Below are positions 15,825 through 16,379 of a stretch of DNA of 16,379 nt, one piece after another. Under the pieces are notes generated by a model. It ran no database searches. It saw nothing but the letters and a program-made list of their open reading frames with translations, and was not told the DNA's origin. The translations under genes and the position numbers were made by a program. Position 1 is the stretch's first letter. The number at the start of each line of letters is the position of its first letter. The stretch comes from Gemmatimonadales bacterium. Lineage in GTDB: Bacteria; Gemmatimonadota; Gemmatimonadetes; Gemmatimonadales; GWC2-71-9. The stretch spans positions 1 to 16,379 of the forward strand of contig JBFJCP010000052.1 of the NCBI GenBank assembly GCA_041615815.1, read 5' to 3'.

Positions 15825-16223
15825 ATCACGAACATCGTGTTGGCCGACGACGACGGGCGGTTTCGTCAGTACCTGGGCACCCTGCTGGCAAAAGACGCTT
15901 CGGTGACCCTGGTGGGCGAAGCTGCGGACGGTGAGGCGGTGCTGCGGGTCGTGAACCAGCTCCACCCCGATCTCTTGATCGTCGATGTGGTGATGCCCGG
16001 CCTCAACGGCATCGAGACCACCCGCCGGGCGCTCGCTTCGAGTCCTCGGCTCAAGGTGATCGTGTGCTCCTTGCATGACGACCGGCGGATGGTCGATGCG
16101 GCGCTCCACGCCGGTGCATCGGGTTATCTGCTGAAGGACCATCTCGACCAAGAGCTTTCCCCCGCCCTGAGCGCGATCGCGCGGGGCGAAACCTTTCTCA
16201 GCGCGAGTCTGGCCAAGCGCTAG
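15825..16223 (+). CDS. Receiver-only response regulator (NarL-like REC, no HTH); start uncertain (ATC 15825 or GTG 15837)
   Basis: ITNIVLADDD...LLIVDVVMPGLNGIE...CSLH...GASGYLLKD...GETFLS then TAG; phospho-acceptor Asp and conserved Lys retained. Confidence 0.85.
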   Translation: MTNIVLADDDGRFRQYLGTLLAKDASVTLVGEAADGEAVLRVVNQLHPDLLIVDVVMPGLNGIETTRRALASSPRLKVIVCSLHDDRRMVDAALHAGASGYLLKDHLDQELSPALSAIARGETFLSASLAKR

Positions 16224-16264
16224 CGCTGCCGCCGTGCACCAGCATCTCAGGTTTTGTGAACTTC

Positions 16265-16284
16265 GAAATCAGGAATTGCCCGAT
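16265..16284. promoter_or_regulatory. Second candidate NarL-family binding dyad ATCAGG-N5-CCCGAT
   Basis: GAAATCAGGAATTGCCCGAT aligns ungapped with GAAATCAGGGAACTGCTGAT at 15696-15715. Confidence 0.5.
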
Positions 16285-16379
16285 GGTCGACTCGCGCACG
16301 TGGAGCTACCGTGTGACGCGTGAGATTCCGAGCCCGCTCCCGTGGGAAGCATACGCCTAGAAACAACCTCAGCGGAGCA

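Overview
High-GC, Gram-negative-type bacterial DNA (TonB receptor, lipoproteins; Gemmatimonadota-like by impression only) forming a patchwork accessory region. In order: a left-truncated minus-strand ORF missing from the ORF track that joins an APH-like kinase to a GT4 glycosyltransferase N-terminus; an orphan protein with a basic N-terminus and beta-rich C-terminus; a cupin; a TonB-dependent receptor; a SAM methyltransferase; an OLD-like ABC-ATPase/TOPRIM protein; a DUF6174-like lipoprotein; two ArsR modules (ArsR-VOC and ArsR-SRPBCC-TolB-like, the latter with a divergent membrane protein); and a PAS-PAS histidine kinase, NarL-type regulator and receiver-only regulator. The main result is that the two 'half' methyltransferase ORFs (6346..6765 and 5929..6327) are one reading frame interrupted by a single in-frame TGA directly after a Cys codon and followed by a bacterial-SECIS-like hairpin. 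This is a probable Cys-Sec (CU) selenoprotein methyltransferase, preceded by a promoter with MerR-type geometry. No rRNA, tRNA, CRISPR or transposase was recognised.
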